NCBI RefSeq assembly: GCF_009914755.1 | Contig: NC_060925.1 | Source: the human T2T-CHM13v2.0 reference genome, Homo sapiens | Direction: 5' to 3' (one strand) | Length of the DNA: 64,000 nt | In this document: positions 26,165-39,489 of the stretch, piece by piece | How the letters are laid out: the number at the start of each line of letters is the position of its first letter | How positions within the stretch are numbered: the stretch's first letter is position 1 | Made by a program: the position numbers and the translations under genes | Notes under the pieces: generated by a model | Seen by the model: only the letters and a program-made list of their open reading frames with translations | Databases searched by the model: none | What the model was told of the DNA's origin: nothing

Positions 26165-26325
26165 AACCCACTTCTGCTATGTGCAAGTTAACCACAATTT
26201 TCTCATCTATATCATAACAGCTTACTTCATAGGATTGTTGACAGAGAGATGATTAAAAAATAATCTACATAAAATGCTGAATATTGTGCGTGACACCTAG
26301 AAAACACTAAAATATTGTTAGTTAC
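26165..26325 (+). mobile_element. MIR fragment
   Basis: 'gcaagttaaccacaattttctcatctat...acttcataggattgttg...tgacacctagaaaacactaaaatattgttag'. Confidence 0.65.
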
Positions 26326-27419
26326 TACATTATGGTTCACAGAGACATGTTTCTTAACTGAGATAATGATGTACCTTATAAACAATACAGTAGAAGAAAC
26401 TACAAAGATTCTTTCACTCAGTTAAATTTGTTTCCTCTTACTGTGATTTAATTAAAATTTACTAAGAAGTCAGAAAACCTGGTACTGTTCTTGGCATAAA
26501 GGGAGGTGGACCAATAAATATAATATTCTTTGACATGAATAAGTTTCAAGATACACACAGCCAACTCCCATTCTTCCATTACCTGCATCCTGCGGCATTT
26601 TATTGCCTCATCCTGGCTCCACTCATTGTATAGCAACAGTTATGCAGAAGCATCCCCTATAGCAACTTTCTCCATTTTTTTCTAAGTTAACTTAGTTGTC
26701 ATTTCAAAGAATGAATTATCCTTTGGAATTTTTGTTTTGTAATCTGTTAAAAAAATTCTGCTGAACATTAAAAATTTCTAAAGCCAAAATCATCTAGCTT
26801 ATGACTATAAGGCCACATCAAAACATGGGTTTCTTCATAAAGGTTTCCAGAAAGCAACAAAAACTTTGGGGAATATGGAGCTCCATTACCTGCAACTTAT
26901 GTCTAGAAAGATACTTTACAAGCTAAAGCTAAAGAAATGAGCATCAAGTTAATGTTTAGAATTCTCAAATCTGCTTGTCTATACTTCTTGCTATTTTTTT
27001 TTGGCTTTTTCTATTGCTTTGTTTTAATGCTCAGAGAAGTAATGGTCTCTAAAATCACGGAAGATAAAATCAGTAGTAAATTAAGAAAAAGATCTCTTTA
27101 GCCATTCTTTCCTGCGGTCAGGACATTACTTTAGAGGCCTTAATCTTTCTTTGGTTTCAAATGCCTGCCAATTCATAAGATAATCCTTGAAACAATCAAT
27201 TCACCCATCAGCATGTTTCAGTGCCTGCTGAGAATGTAGAAAGTATTGACAATTTTAGTCCATACTTACTTGTAAACACCTGTATATTTTCAATTTTCAT
27301 CATGTTTTAATGTAAAATAAATGTGATCTCATGTCTGCCTTTGAGTATTTGAGTAGCTTACTTTTCAGAAGAAGCTGGAGGTTAGATCACAGGGAACTGA
27401 TCTACCACAAAACATGTTA

Positions 27420-27454
27420 ACACACACACACACACGCACAGAGAGAGAGAGAGA
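27420..27454. repeat. Compound (CA)n(GA)n microsatellite
   Basis: Direct reading. Confidence 0.9.
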
Positions 27455-28237
27455 GCAAGCAATAAGAAAATCCTGAGCAAAGTGTTTAGTAAACTCAACT
27501 AATATTTTATGAGGAAGATGCATCTTCAATGAGAAGCAGAAGTCTGGCAAGTATGATGAACTGTTCAGGTTACCTATGTAATTGTAAAATGGGTATATGG
27601 GACAGAACTATTGGCCAGCATACCTCCAAGTATTTCTGATGTGGAAATATGCTTTATTTATTCATGTGAGTAACCATGCATAGTAATAAGAGCTTTTTAT
27701 TTGTAATATGGAAAGCAACACAAGTTTACCAGAGGATTTCCAGATGCAGGACCAGCACAATGTATGCTGTATATGATACAGTAACACATAGTCATTTCCT
27801 GAAAACCCTCTCTAAATCTGAGAAGCACAATTTATGTCAATACAGAAACAGGAAAGAGCATCACTTCAAAATGACAGCATGTGACATGAGTGTGGCCCCT
27901 TCATATATGGCTTGAAAATAATGTGGTGACTTCTCTAGAAATTAATTTGTCAAACTGTTGCAGAAGAATTTAAATAGCTGCTTCTGTTGACTCAATAATT
28001 CCACATCTATGAATCTTTTCTTATGGAAACAACAAGAAATTTAGAAAAATAAAAAAAGATGCCTTCAGATGTTCATTGCAGCATGATTTATAATATAAAA
28101 ACATATAGCCTTTTAAATATTATGAAAAGCATTATAAGGAAGACTAGCTTATCCTTATATAGCATTAATTATGTAAGAACTGAGTACTTTACATTTATTA
28201 TTTCATTTAATTTTTACAATTCAGAGAAGTAGGCACT

Positions 28238-28643
28238 TGTATTATTCAGGGTTCTCCAGAGAAACCGAATCATTAAGATACACATATACACACACATACA
28301 CACACACGCACGCACACACACATGGAGATTGACTATAAACAATTAACTTTCACAATTATGAAGGCTGACAACTCTAAAATCTGCAGTGAGAGCCAGTAGG
28401 CTGAAGACACAGGAGAGCCAACATTGCAGACCCAGTCCAAAGATATTCTATGGGGGGATTCCCTCTTGCTTGGGGTGGCCTGTTTGTTTTTTTTGTTGTT
28501 GTTGTTTCTTTTCAGTTCTCCAGCTGATTAGATGAGGCCTATTCACATCTTGGAGGGCAGTTTGATTTCTCAAAGTTCACTGATATGAATGTTAATGTCA
28601 TCCAAAATGCCCTTCAAGTGGACACATAAAATTAGCCATCATA
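28238..28643 (-). mobile_element. MLT2-family ERVL solo LTR with internal (CA)n, inserted in a MIR
   Basis: 'tgtattattcagggttctccagagaaaccgaa...gacacataaaattagccatcata'; MIR halves at about 28150-28237 and 28644-28790. Confidence 0.88.
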
Positions 28644-31600
28644 GCCTTATAATTACTACCATTGAATATATATGTAAGAACAGAGGTTCATAGAACTTGA
28701 GTTTGTGCAAGGTTATGCCCCTAAAAGGAGCAAAGCCAGTAATGAAGTTTAAGTTGGTAGCCTCCAGAGTCTAAATTCTAAATATTACATAAAATATCTA
28801 TGTAGAATGTAAAGAAGTGCCCGTGATATAAAACTACATGAATAAAAATAAAATTTTTAAAGGCAAGATACTAGCTTGTATATTCAGCATTACCTTATGA
28901 TACAAAAAATACATAAAAGAAAAACTGAAAAGAAGTGTGTAAATAGGTACTAATATATTACAAATTATCCTTTTTCTGTTTCCTTATAGCTTTTCTACTC
29001 AAGCTTTTAATCACTCTCGTGAATAATTTTTAGTATTTTAGAAAGCCCATCTAAACTTTAAAATTACAGTAAAGTATGAATCTGATACTTAAAAAAACCT
29101 CAGCTGGACACCCATTGCTGTGTACTATAGATTTGACATACCTCAAACACTCATGGTGTCTCTAATTTTAAACACTGCTATAATCCTACATTGGCTATAG
29201 ATGTGATAGACTAGTCCAATCTGTTTAAAGTAAAGCAAAATTAATTTAGACTTTTTGAAATAAATGGAACTAAAATGTCAGAAACTTTATATGCAATATT
29301 GAAATGTTAAGCATAGCAATAAGAGTCCTAATAGAAAACTTGGAAATTTTCATGTTTATTACTAAATTTGATGGTTTGAAGGGCCAGAAACAAGAGCAGG
29401 GTAGGTTCCCTGCATGTATATCTGATCTTCTGGATGACATATTATGCAGAATATAACTTTGGATATTCTGGAGGAATAGAGATAAGATGGAAATAACAGA
29501 GATGGAAACAGCCAGGCAAAGGCGCATGTTTGGGGCATGCCTAGGAATTGGAACTGAGACAGAAAGATACTGGAAAAAGAAAAGTTGGAAAGGAAGTCAG
29601 CGGAAATCAGTAGGAAATAGCATGTGCTTTGGAGGTACATTGGAACCTAATATGATAAATAAATTCCAGGTTAGCCCTATCTAGTGGTTATCAAAGTGAA
29701 AGAGGCCAAAACAGTCAGAAAGCAAAGCCCATTTTTATGACCATAGTAAATTTACTTTCCTAAAGTCTACACAGTCCCACAGGCATTCATTACAATGATC
29801 ATCTATCAGCAGCAAATCTTCAAACATATATGATAATGTAAGATTTTAAAATGTTAGGTACAAATTAATATAATGGCATAGTATTTTTCATAGGTAAAGT
29901 TTTTTCCTGAATAATTTTAATTAGCAATACCCAATCATTCTCCTATAAACATTTTTTTAAAGAGCAGAGGCAGCAGTTAAACATGCCATTTTAAAAAATT
30001 GACAGTAACTTGTGAAAAGAAAACGAAGTTTTTTTGCATGTGAAACCTAAATGCTTACTTTAATCAGTATGGCATGTTTAGCTGATTCAGCAATAGCTTT
30101 ACAATCTGTCAGTTTAGTCTCAGAATACATCTTTTCTTAGACATTTCAGCTGGATGTTGCAAAAACATTACTGTGACAATATTTATTTATGAATAATTAA
30201 TGGCATAATAGAGAAGGCTGGATTTAATTATACAGTCATTGAATATATAAGAACAAAGAAAATTAGCTGTAATACAATTTGATTTTAAAAACCATTAATT
30301 TGATCAATGGCTTTATGGAAAATGCTTCTTTTAATTTTTTGTGCTATCTAATTTAATTGTTATGCTGAAGTAGCTGAAAGACAAAAACCTCATAGAATAT
30401 CCTTCATGAAACCATATGATTTAATTTAAACTCAGGTTTTATATACTATGAATTACATGGTTGCGATTAAGCTCACAGGTAATTATTAAAAATCCTTACT
30501 TAGCACTGATTTTGTCTTTATGTAATTGTGATTGAATAGAACTTAGACAACTTATATTCTGAGAGGAGCAAGGGTAAAATATGAAAAGAAAATCCAAATG
30601 AAATCATAAAGTACTCTGAGACAAGAAGCATAGGAAGCAAAGCCTTGGTGATTGGTCATTTTGTTGGCTGGACTGGTATTTCACAAGCATGACAACCACT
30701 GAGTAGCCTGAAAATGTTTAAATGGATTCACTTTTATAATCATGTAACTTGCCTTCCTAACTGCATTATATTTACTTTCATTTCCTTTCTAAGGAATAAA
30801 GTTTGGATATTTGAATACCAGCAACTTAAATTTTGTATATTATGTGCAGTAAGTGTTCAATATCATTTACTTTATTTAACTTTCGTGTGTGTGTGTGTGT
30901 TTTTTTTTTTGGGGGGTGGTCACTCCTCTCACACTCTGGCATTCTTTTTACTGATTTTATCATTCTAAAAGCATTGCCTGTGGCTGTAACACATCTTACA
31001 TATCCTGATAATGGTGTCGGTTGTCCTATTATGAGGTATCAGTAACTGAGAGAAAAAAAAATCAGAGCAACATTAACAACAATCAAGAAAAGAAAATCAA
31101 ACTCTTACTGAGTATGTGTCCCAGCAGAAGGAAAAGGATCTAACAAATTAAATGCATAAGTTCATGCAAAATGTGTGGTTCAACAAGAAGGAATTTTATT
31201 TCCCTCTGAAATGAAATATACAAAATTTGAAATCAAGCTGCCAGTCATTTCTGATAAACTATTTAAAGTTACATGCTGAAAAGAACAAAAAAGCTGAATT
31301 CAATTTTATTTTGGAAAGACATTTTTTTTTAATTAATGTAGTGTGAAACACTACCTTGAAAAGTGAAGACACAGCTACTATGTAAGCATCCAAAGCAATC
31401 CCTGCAGACACTTTAGGTATACTGTTGAATATGGGCTAATCCTGTGATCTAAAACTATCAAAAATTCCTGTTGAAAATTAGACTTTCCTTAGTGATTTGG
31501 ACTGATGTCAATGCTTTATCTAAAGCAAAGGAATGTTGTAGTCCTGCACATAGACACAAAAAAATTACCAATAAGATTGTTTTAAACTTCCCTTCAAGCA

Positions 31601-33782
31601 TCAGAGAATATTATGCATCTCTCTTTTTATCTATCTAAATTGTGGATTATTTGCTCACTGTAAAATAATAGTGTCCTCAAAGATAAGTGTTTATTTGCAA
31701 GACGATAATAGCCTATGGCATCCACTTCTAAGTTCACATCAATTTTAGAGCTTTATTTTTAAGAGATACTCTACTGCCCATTTGGAATTGGCTCTAACCA
31801 CCCCCTCTTCAGAGTCTTGAAGCCTCTTAGTGAGCTAGGCTGTTTCCATCCACCATTACTTTGTTGCTGAGATTTCCCTGTCACATAAAAATCCACAAAC
31901 TCTATAACTGCAAACACAGAACTTGCCAATGCTACAAGTATAAGGCTGCTGTTTTTTAAACTTTATTCTAGAATTTATCAATAATATTGTTGTACCATAA
32001 AATTTAACTCAAGACAGCATTTCTTAGAATTTGAGCAATATATGTGCTTTTTAGTGGACATGGTTTACAGAGATATTCCATTCTATTTACTCAATATGTT
32101 CCTCTGCTTTCCAGGCCTAAATTCTAGATGCAATGTTATTAACAACTTCATAAAAAACTCTCAAGAGTGGAAATGACATTTGTGATTGAAACATAAACGA
32201 GAAGGTTTATGATTACATGGTGACAAATATAGCTTATAATTGAGCTCTGACTACTTCTATTTTCTTTCTTTTTTACAGACATGTAGAAAGATTCTAAACA
32301 TATCATTCTGGAAAATCCATTTGTAAAATTAAAATGGCTAAATGTCTTCTAATTAGGTACAATTATCATAAGTTAAATTGTTTTCTGACATCTGAGTAAA
32401 AAATACTCTTGGGTAAAACTCAGATCCCAAACCTTAAAAGTAATTTTAAAGTACCTTTATGAAGAGCAATTATAATGTAAGTTTAGACCATACTAGTGTG
32501 TCAAGTTCTTCTTACATCTTTTCATATCCGTCCCAAATTCATTTCTGACCACAAGTTATTATCAGGGATAAAAAAGCTTGTGAATTTTAACGTATCATTT
32601 TAACCTGGCCTATATTTTAAAGCTTCTTGGAGGGAACAAGATTAGAAAACAATATCAGAAGACTAGAAAAAGAGAAAAGTATACAAAATTTCTTACTGTT
32701 ACAATTTTCTTAAACATAATTTGAACATTCTATCACTTCAGAATGAATAAGTCATAAAGATGGACTAATTTGATAAATCCACACAATACATCTCTTTTGG
32801 GAGTTAGGCAAAGCTAGTGAAAGCACTACTAAATTCTTAACTAGAATTAATAAATATGTTTTGAATTAATAATGACATGAAAAGTGTTAACCCTCTGGAA
32901 ATATACCATAAACCAGAACATAATAATATGCTAGGAAATAGATTTCCAAATGACATTCAGTAATAAACAACCAGTAGAGTTTGGGTTTAGCTTAGAATGA
33001 CTGAACAGTTTCAGACTGGCCACCCTAATGAATGAAGGTGCAGAAAATTCTTATTGTTTTTATGTAATGCATAAGACTGTGCATAGACATGAAATGTCTG
33101 CTCATAAGTTCCTGCTACATTTCTAGATTTTTTGAAAATATATTAATTCATTTAGCTAGTATCTTCAGAGATTGTTGCTTTCTGATATTATATATTAATC
33201 CATATGAATTAATAGCCAACTCATAGATTTATTTATACATTTCTACTTCAGTCCTAAGACAGACATGAATTAATGCAATTTTCCCACACTCTTCCCCTTT
33301 TGCACAGTTGTTATCCAATTCCACCCACTAGCCTTCTGATTAATACAATGCAGTTGACTTACCAAAGCATAGCCAAGGAATAGATGGATTAATATGTCAA
33401 CTAAAATTGATGATCAGATGTCTTGTGCCAGTTTGATATAATTCCATCGGGTTCTAGGATTGCTAGGTGAATTATTTTAGTCAGTAAAAAAATGCTTCGC
33501 TAAAGATATATAATTGCTTTCTATTTTGAAGATTCCTGCATACTGATAAAATGCTTATGGTAAAGGCTAAAAAGTTTGGTATTATCCCGATGTGTTATTT
33601 ACATATTTTTCAACCTATTACTGTGTAGTGAATCTACTGTATTCCTACATGTGTTCATTTTCCAGTATGGAAAGAGACAAGGGAAGGGAAATACTATAAA
33701 TATATCACTATAAAATGCCAGTTATAGAGTATTACAAATTTAAGTGGGCCATATGTCTTTAAGCAGACATAGAGGATTCTGA

Positions 33783-34080
<298 letters not shown>

Positions 34081-36424
34081 TCTGACTGTCTTTTACTCAA
34101 AATTATTATGTTGGGGAAATGATTCAAAATAAAAAATAAAACATTAGTAGCCATCTGGACAAAGAAATCATAAAAGAAACTTACCTATAATATTTTCTAC
34201 CTAATTGATTTGGAGGTTATTGTTTCCATTTCTACAGTTTACTTACCCCAAAACTTAGATCAAGAAAGCATACTATAAAAAAGTATTATGAAAGTAAATT
34301 AATTTGTGATTGTATGAAACCATACAAATAGCTACTTATACATTTAATGGAAAATGTTAAAATATACAAGGTAATCAGAGAGTGTTTTCCAAAGGTCAGT
34401 AGATATGTATAGAATTCGTATGTAGTACAAACTACTACTGGTGACCAGAAATAAATTCTGGAAAGTTAAATATGGATTATTCTCAAACTTATTCAGGAGA
34501 CTGAATTCAGAGGAAACTTCATTTGCTAGTTTCTACGCTCGTTAAAGAGATCCATCAGCACTTTCAAGCTCTGAAGTTAAGGCATTGTATACATGGCTTC
34601 AGAAATCATTTCCAGTCACATTTTTCAAAGAGTACATTTAAAGAAAGAATCTAGGAGCAATGACAGTCAAAATTGTTCCTACAGAGAAATATAATTATTT
34701 GCAGAAGGATGGCTGAGGAAACTAGCACAAATGAAAATAAAGGATTTGAACAGGCTTCATGGTTTGCTGCCTCCATTATGTGTTCATTCTATCATCAGAT
34801 GGTCAACATATTCACAGAGAACATGGCTGAACAGTTGGTTTTGACAAAATTGTAGATTGCCCCTTCTAGTTGCCTTCTAATTTGTCTTCTGAGTTAAAGA
34901 TGAAGAACATAAGTAAAGAATAAGCTCTAATTATGAGGAGGGAAATTATTCCTCAACTTGAAGCATAAGAATAAAAAGTCTTTTTTCCAAATAAGCATTA
35001 TTTTCTCCAAATATTAATCTGCCTGTAACTTTTTTTCATGCACGTCTTTTTTCTTCTTTCAGAAAATAAAATCTTGCTTCTGTGCAAGAGGTTAAAAAAT
35101 CTGCCCTTGGATTTTCAGTAGTATATCATTGCAAGAAGTTTTTCTCCTTTCTTCTCTTCCTTATTTTTCTTACTTTTCTTTCTTCTCTTTTTTATTCTTA
35201 AAAAAGACACACCCCCAAAAAAGGTTGTTCAGTGATTATGAGTAAACTTTAAACACTGTATTGTATATTAAAAATTCTGAGCTGTGGTTACTGTTTTCTT
35301 GCCAAATAACACATACAATTCCAACTGAATCAATCTTATCGATACCTCTAACACAAAAATGCACCGTGTTTAAAATTCCATCCTCAATAAAAATTAACTC
35401 TATTCATTTGTATATACATTTTTTCTTTCATCAAAGAATGATTGAATAATTTGAGTCAGATATTCTGCCCAGGAGAGGGGAACAATGATGAATTCACCGT
35501 TTCTACAAGTAGCTCACATTTCTGCTGGGGAGAAAGACGAGTTCACATAGATACAATACATTCTGATATATGTCACATTAAAGCCTACATAGGGTGGTAA
35601 GAAATGGTTAAATAGTAAAAACAGAGACTGCTGTAGCCAGAGGGGTGTAGCATAGTGTTTCTCCACAAGGATCTGCCTCATGGAGAATCCGCACTCTGGG
35701 AGTTTTTCTTTTCTCTGAAAAATAGCAGGATTTTCTCTGCCCAAAGAGTGGCAAATATCAGCAAAAAAGAAACTAAAGTAGCTGTCCACCCAAAGAAACA
35801 ACTGTTTAGAGACATAAATACAGCTAAAAACCAAAGCAAAATGCCTCAGAGTCCTGCAAATGGTTACAACCTTTGTAATCTGAGGAAAAGAAACTAGCAT
35901 TTTGCAATGCAGCATAGGAAGGTAACTCCTGTTACAGGCAGTGACTGGAAACTATGCATTTAGCCCCTGGCAGTAGAGATGCAGGAACTGGGAAAAATCT
36001 TTAATTAGTAATAACCTAAATTTTTTATAAAGATTATCCCAGTTTAGATGGATGTGGAATAAGTATCTCATGGAATTTAAAACAAAACAAAACAGGAAGA
36101 CTGAGGGAGACTATTGATTGTTGATTGTTAAGGAAAAGAAATGCTCCAAATTAGATCAAAGACAGTTGCTTCAGTCACACAGGCAAAGAGTTTCAAAGAT
36201 TAAGTGAGGGGGAATTGGAAAATAGAATGAGAACTCTGCTACTTAATATTTTTGGTTAGCTACATGCAATCATGCTTAAGTGAATAAGTCATATATGCAA
36301 CTTTTGTTTCATATTATATGATTAATCAATCCCCTTTTACACTTATTTTTTTTCTGATGCATGACTCTTATTATTCTTATGGATAGGGAGCTCAACAAGA
36401 CGGACCCCAGGTTTTGGTGTCCCA

Positions 36425-36870
36425 AATAGGGAAAGACATATATCCAAGTAAGTACACTGAAGCATTTTTTGGCTATTGAAAACAGTCTAAATGTCAATAA
36501 CAAACAATAAATAAGTAATCAATAGCTCACCTATGCAGACATTAGAAGTATAAGATATAAGGTATAAGATAAGCTATAAAGATATAGGGCAGATCTGGCT
36601 GTTCTGATGTACAAAAAGTATTACAAGTAGAGAAAATAAAGCTGTATATTAAAAAAATACGATTTTTCTAAAAAATTCCAACTGGCTTTCTATATCTGAG
36701 ACTATGTGTAGCAAAAAGAGCTCTGACAGAATGTACATCAAGCTGTTTAAAATGTTTACTTCTGAACTAGGAAACTAGGGGAATTGAATAATTTTTACTT
36801 TACATATTTTCTACATATCTTTATCATGTACAACTTTAATATTTAAATTCTTTCTACAAAAACATATGGT
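36425..36870 (+). mobile_element. Very old L1ME-type 3' fragment
   Basis: 'acactgaagcatttttt...aaacagtctaaatgtcaataaca' and 'catcaagctgtttaaaatgtttacttctg'. Confidence 0.45.
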
Positions 36871-36999
36871 TTCTGAAATTTAAAAGCTATTTACCAAAAA
36901 CATCAGTAAAATGAAGTATTTAGAATGAGTCAAATAGATCTGAAGAATCTCCTAAAGAATGTTACTTAACCATGGTTATTCTTGTTGCCTGAGCTATTC

Positions 37000-37490
37000 C
37001 CCACACTCAATAAAGATAAGCCACAGGGAGTGTGAACATTCAAATAAGAGAGTCACCATGTTGGAAAAGTTAGCTGAGAGGTGAAGTAGGACAGGGCAGA
37101 GAAAGGTCAGGAAATATAGGAAGGATTCTCAGAGGAGAAAACTTTTAGAAGGGAATAGGAGTTTGAGTCGGGTTTACCATGCAGATTTGGTTGGAAAACA
37201 CATTCCAGGATGATTACGTCATACTAAAAAAGAGCATGGAAGTGTGAAACTTCATGATGTGTTCAGAGAACGATGAACAATATAGCTGTTTAATAGGGTG
37301 GGTGGGAGCATAGTGAAAAACAAGACAGAAAAAGCATATTAGGATCAGACTGTAAATGTGTGAAGGGTCCCGGGTGCCATGCTGTAGATTATAAAGTTTT
37401 TAAGCAAGGCAGGCAATCTCAGACTTACGTGTTTGAAGGTTACATTATTGGCAAGCAGGAAGAAGAACTAGAGCAGGGGAATGTTCCTAG
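37000..37490 (-). mobile_element. L2 fragment
   Basis: 'gaaaggtcaggaa...ggattctcagaggag...aaaacacattccagg...gagcatggaagtgtgaaac...gtttttaagcaagg'. Confidence 0.6.
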
Positions 37491-38683
37491 ATTTTAAAAC
37501 ATTTTTATTTCAAGATGAGAAGGCCTTTTTGGAGGAGATGTTCAGTAAAGGACGGAGGCAATATGTCCCAGGCTTGGATAAAAATGTTTTTAAACATATG
37601 CTTTATCATTAATATCATAAAGCATATGTTCAAATCCTATATACAGCACATTCTTGGCTTGTCATAAAAAATTATTTATTAAGCACCACCTGCATATGAA
37701 ATTATAGTAGAACTTATATATAGAAATTATATATAGAACTAAATCCCCTGCAAATGTCAAATATGTGTTTTAATTTGAATGTTGCATGATACGCATAAAG
37801 CATTGAACTTCCCTTCCACCCCCACCAATACTGTCTGCATCCCAGTAATTCAACTCCATTATACATTCAAAGAAACAGTCTATTTTTAAGAATTTGCTAT
37901 ACAATTCAATTCACTTAAGAATGCATCTTGTGGAGGCAGGGATGGGAAGATGTGTAATAAGTGGAGAATACATATCTTAGTTTGAGGAAAGTTAGAATGT
38001 AAGTGATGACGGGGAAAGAACTTATATAAGTAAAATCACTGCTTCCTAAGGCAAGATTTCAGCATACGTGTAATGAAGAAGTGCAAACTGTGAAAACACT
38101 AAAGAGATTCTTGGTTAGGAAAAGATCACCAGGAGGTGGTTAGTTAGAGAAGGTGGTGAGTTTCTTTTATGCTTTCACTGATAAAATGTGTCTAAAAGTT
38201 TTAACAATTTTCAAAAGCAGAACATCTAGAATATCCTTTCAATTACTATCCAGTTATGTAGCTCAATGTGACCTTACAGAATCACTAAGCTTTAGCATTG
38301 AATACTTCATCTCATTTAGAAACAGAAAAAAACTGTTGAACCTTATGTGGCTTGGCTTAAACTTAATGAATTTTCTGTATTTAAAACACAGTGTAATTCC
38401 AAATGAGTTTCATTTGATTCTCTTTCACTGTCCTTTTATCAACATGCCTTAAGATTTTTTAAAAATTATTTTTCTCAAAATCATGGCAGAATGAGAGCTA
38501 GAATGGTGGCAGACATGAAATACACGATGCAGGGAGGTATAGACAAGCATTATTTCCAATTGTACCGTGCCACTTACTGTCTTATCTCCTCTTTCACCTA
38601 TTTTATTGAGTACTCTTCACTTTGTTGACCTGGTATTCATGATTAATGTATAATGTTAAACATACGTTTAAGAAATACACTGT

Positions 38684-38854
38684 TATGGTCCCAAAATACA
38701 CCTGTGCCTACAAGGTTCCTGCAGGTTAATGTCTTCTGCTAGAGAAAATGGCCTCATCTGCATTGACTTTCAATAAGCTCCTGCAGGCAAACACCTGAAG
38801 CCAATCATCTGCATATACCTGCCTGCAGGCATAGGTGTGCTACCAGAGACTGTA
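38684..38854. repeat. Degenerate palindromic element, possibly an ancient MITE
   Basis: Outer arms 38698-38714 / 38822-38838 and the core palindrome attgactttcaat (38762-38774) share the same centre, 38768. Confidence 0.7.
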
Positions 38855-39489
38855 GACTCTATATCTTCAGTGTTTAGTCATATACGTGGTGTATAACATA
38901 AAGCATGATTCACTGATTCAATGGACTGTGACTGCAAGTCCTTAATGGAAACTGGTCTTTATTTGCAATGGATGAATTTTTATCACACTCAGTGATAGAA
39001 ATAAAGTTGATGATGGAAAAGAAGCATGGTCTCTAAAAAAATAATTAGTAACAGGATATGAAGGAATTATAAATACAGAATCAATGAGATAAAAGCAAAT
39101 CCAAAGATAGTTGAGCTGTCTATAGTAAATAGAGGTAATTTAGAGAAAAGAAACAAAATATCTTATTTGCAGAAGAATACACTATCATTGTTTTCCAAGA
39201 ATACTAGTAAATTTAAGTGTTGCCTTGTACCATTTATATTTTTTCCTTATTTCAAAATTTTCTTGGCCAAGTTACAAAAAAATTTATTCAAGTATATATT
39301 AATTCCACAAATATGTTTGAGTGTTACTATGTGTTAAACCCAGGGAGGGACATTTTTGATAGAAAAATAAATAATTAAGAAACCTATTAGGTGGATGTGA
39401 GTAATAAAAGTAAAATAAACACAGTGTGATGTGGCTGGCTACTATAATAGACCTATTTTTGGGGTAGGTCGGTGGAGGAAGTGATTGCT

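Noticed and set aside
26575-26894. 13-mer tccattacctgca repeated 307 bp apart
   Set aside because: No flanking similarity; about one such nearby match is expected by chance in a window this size.
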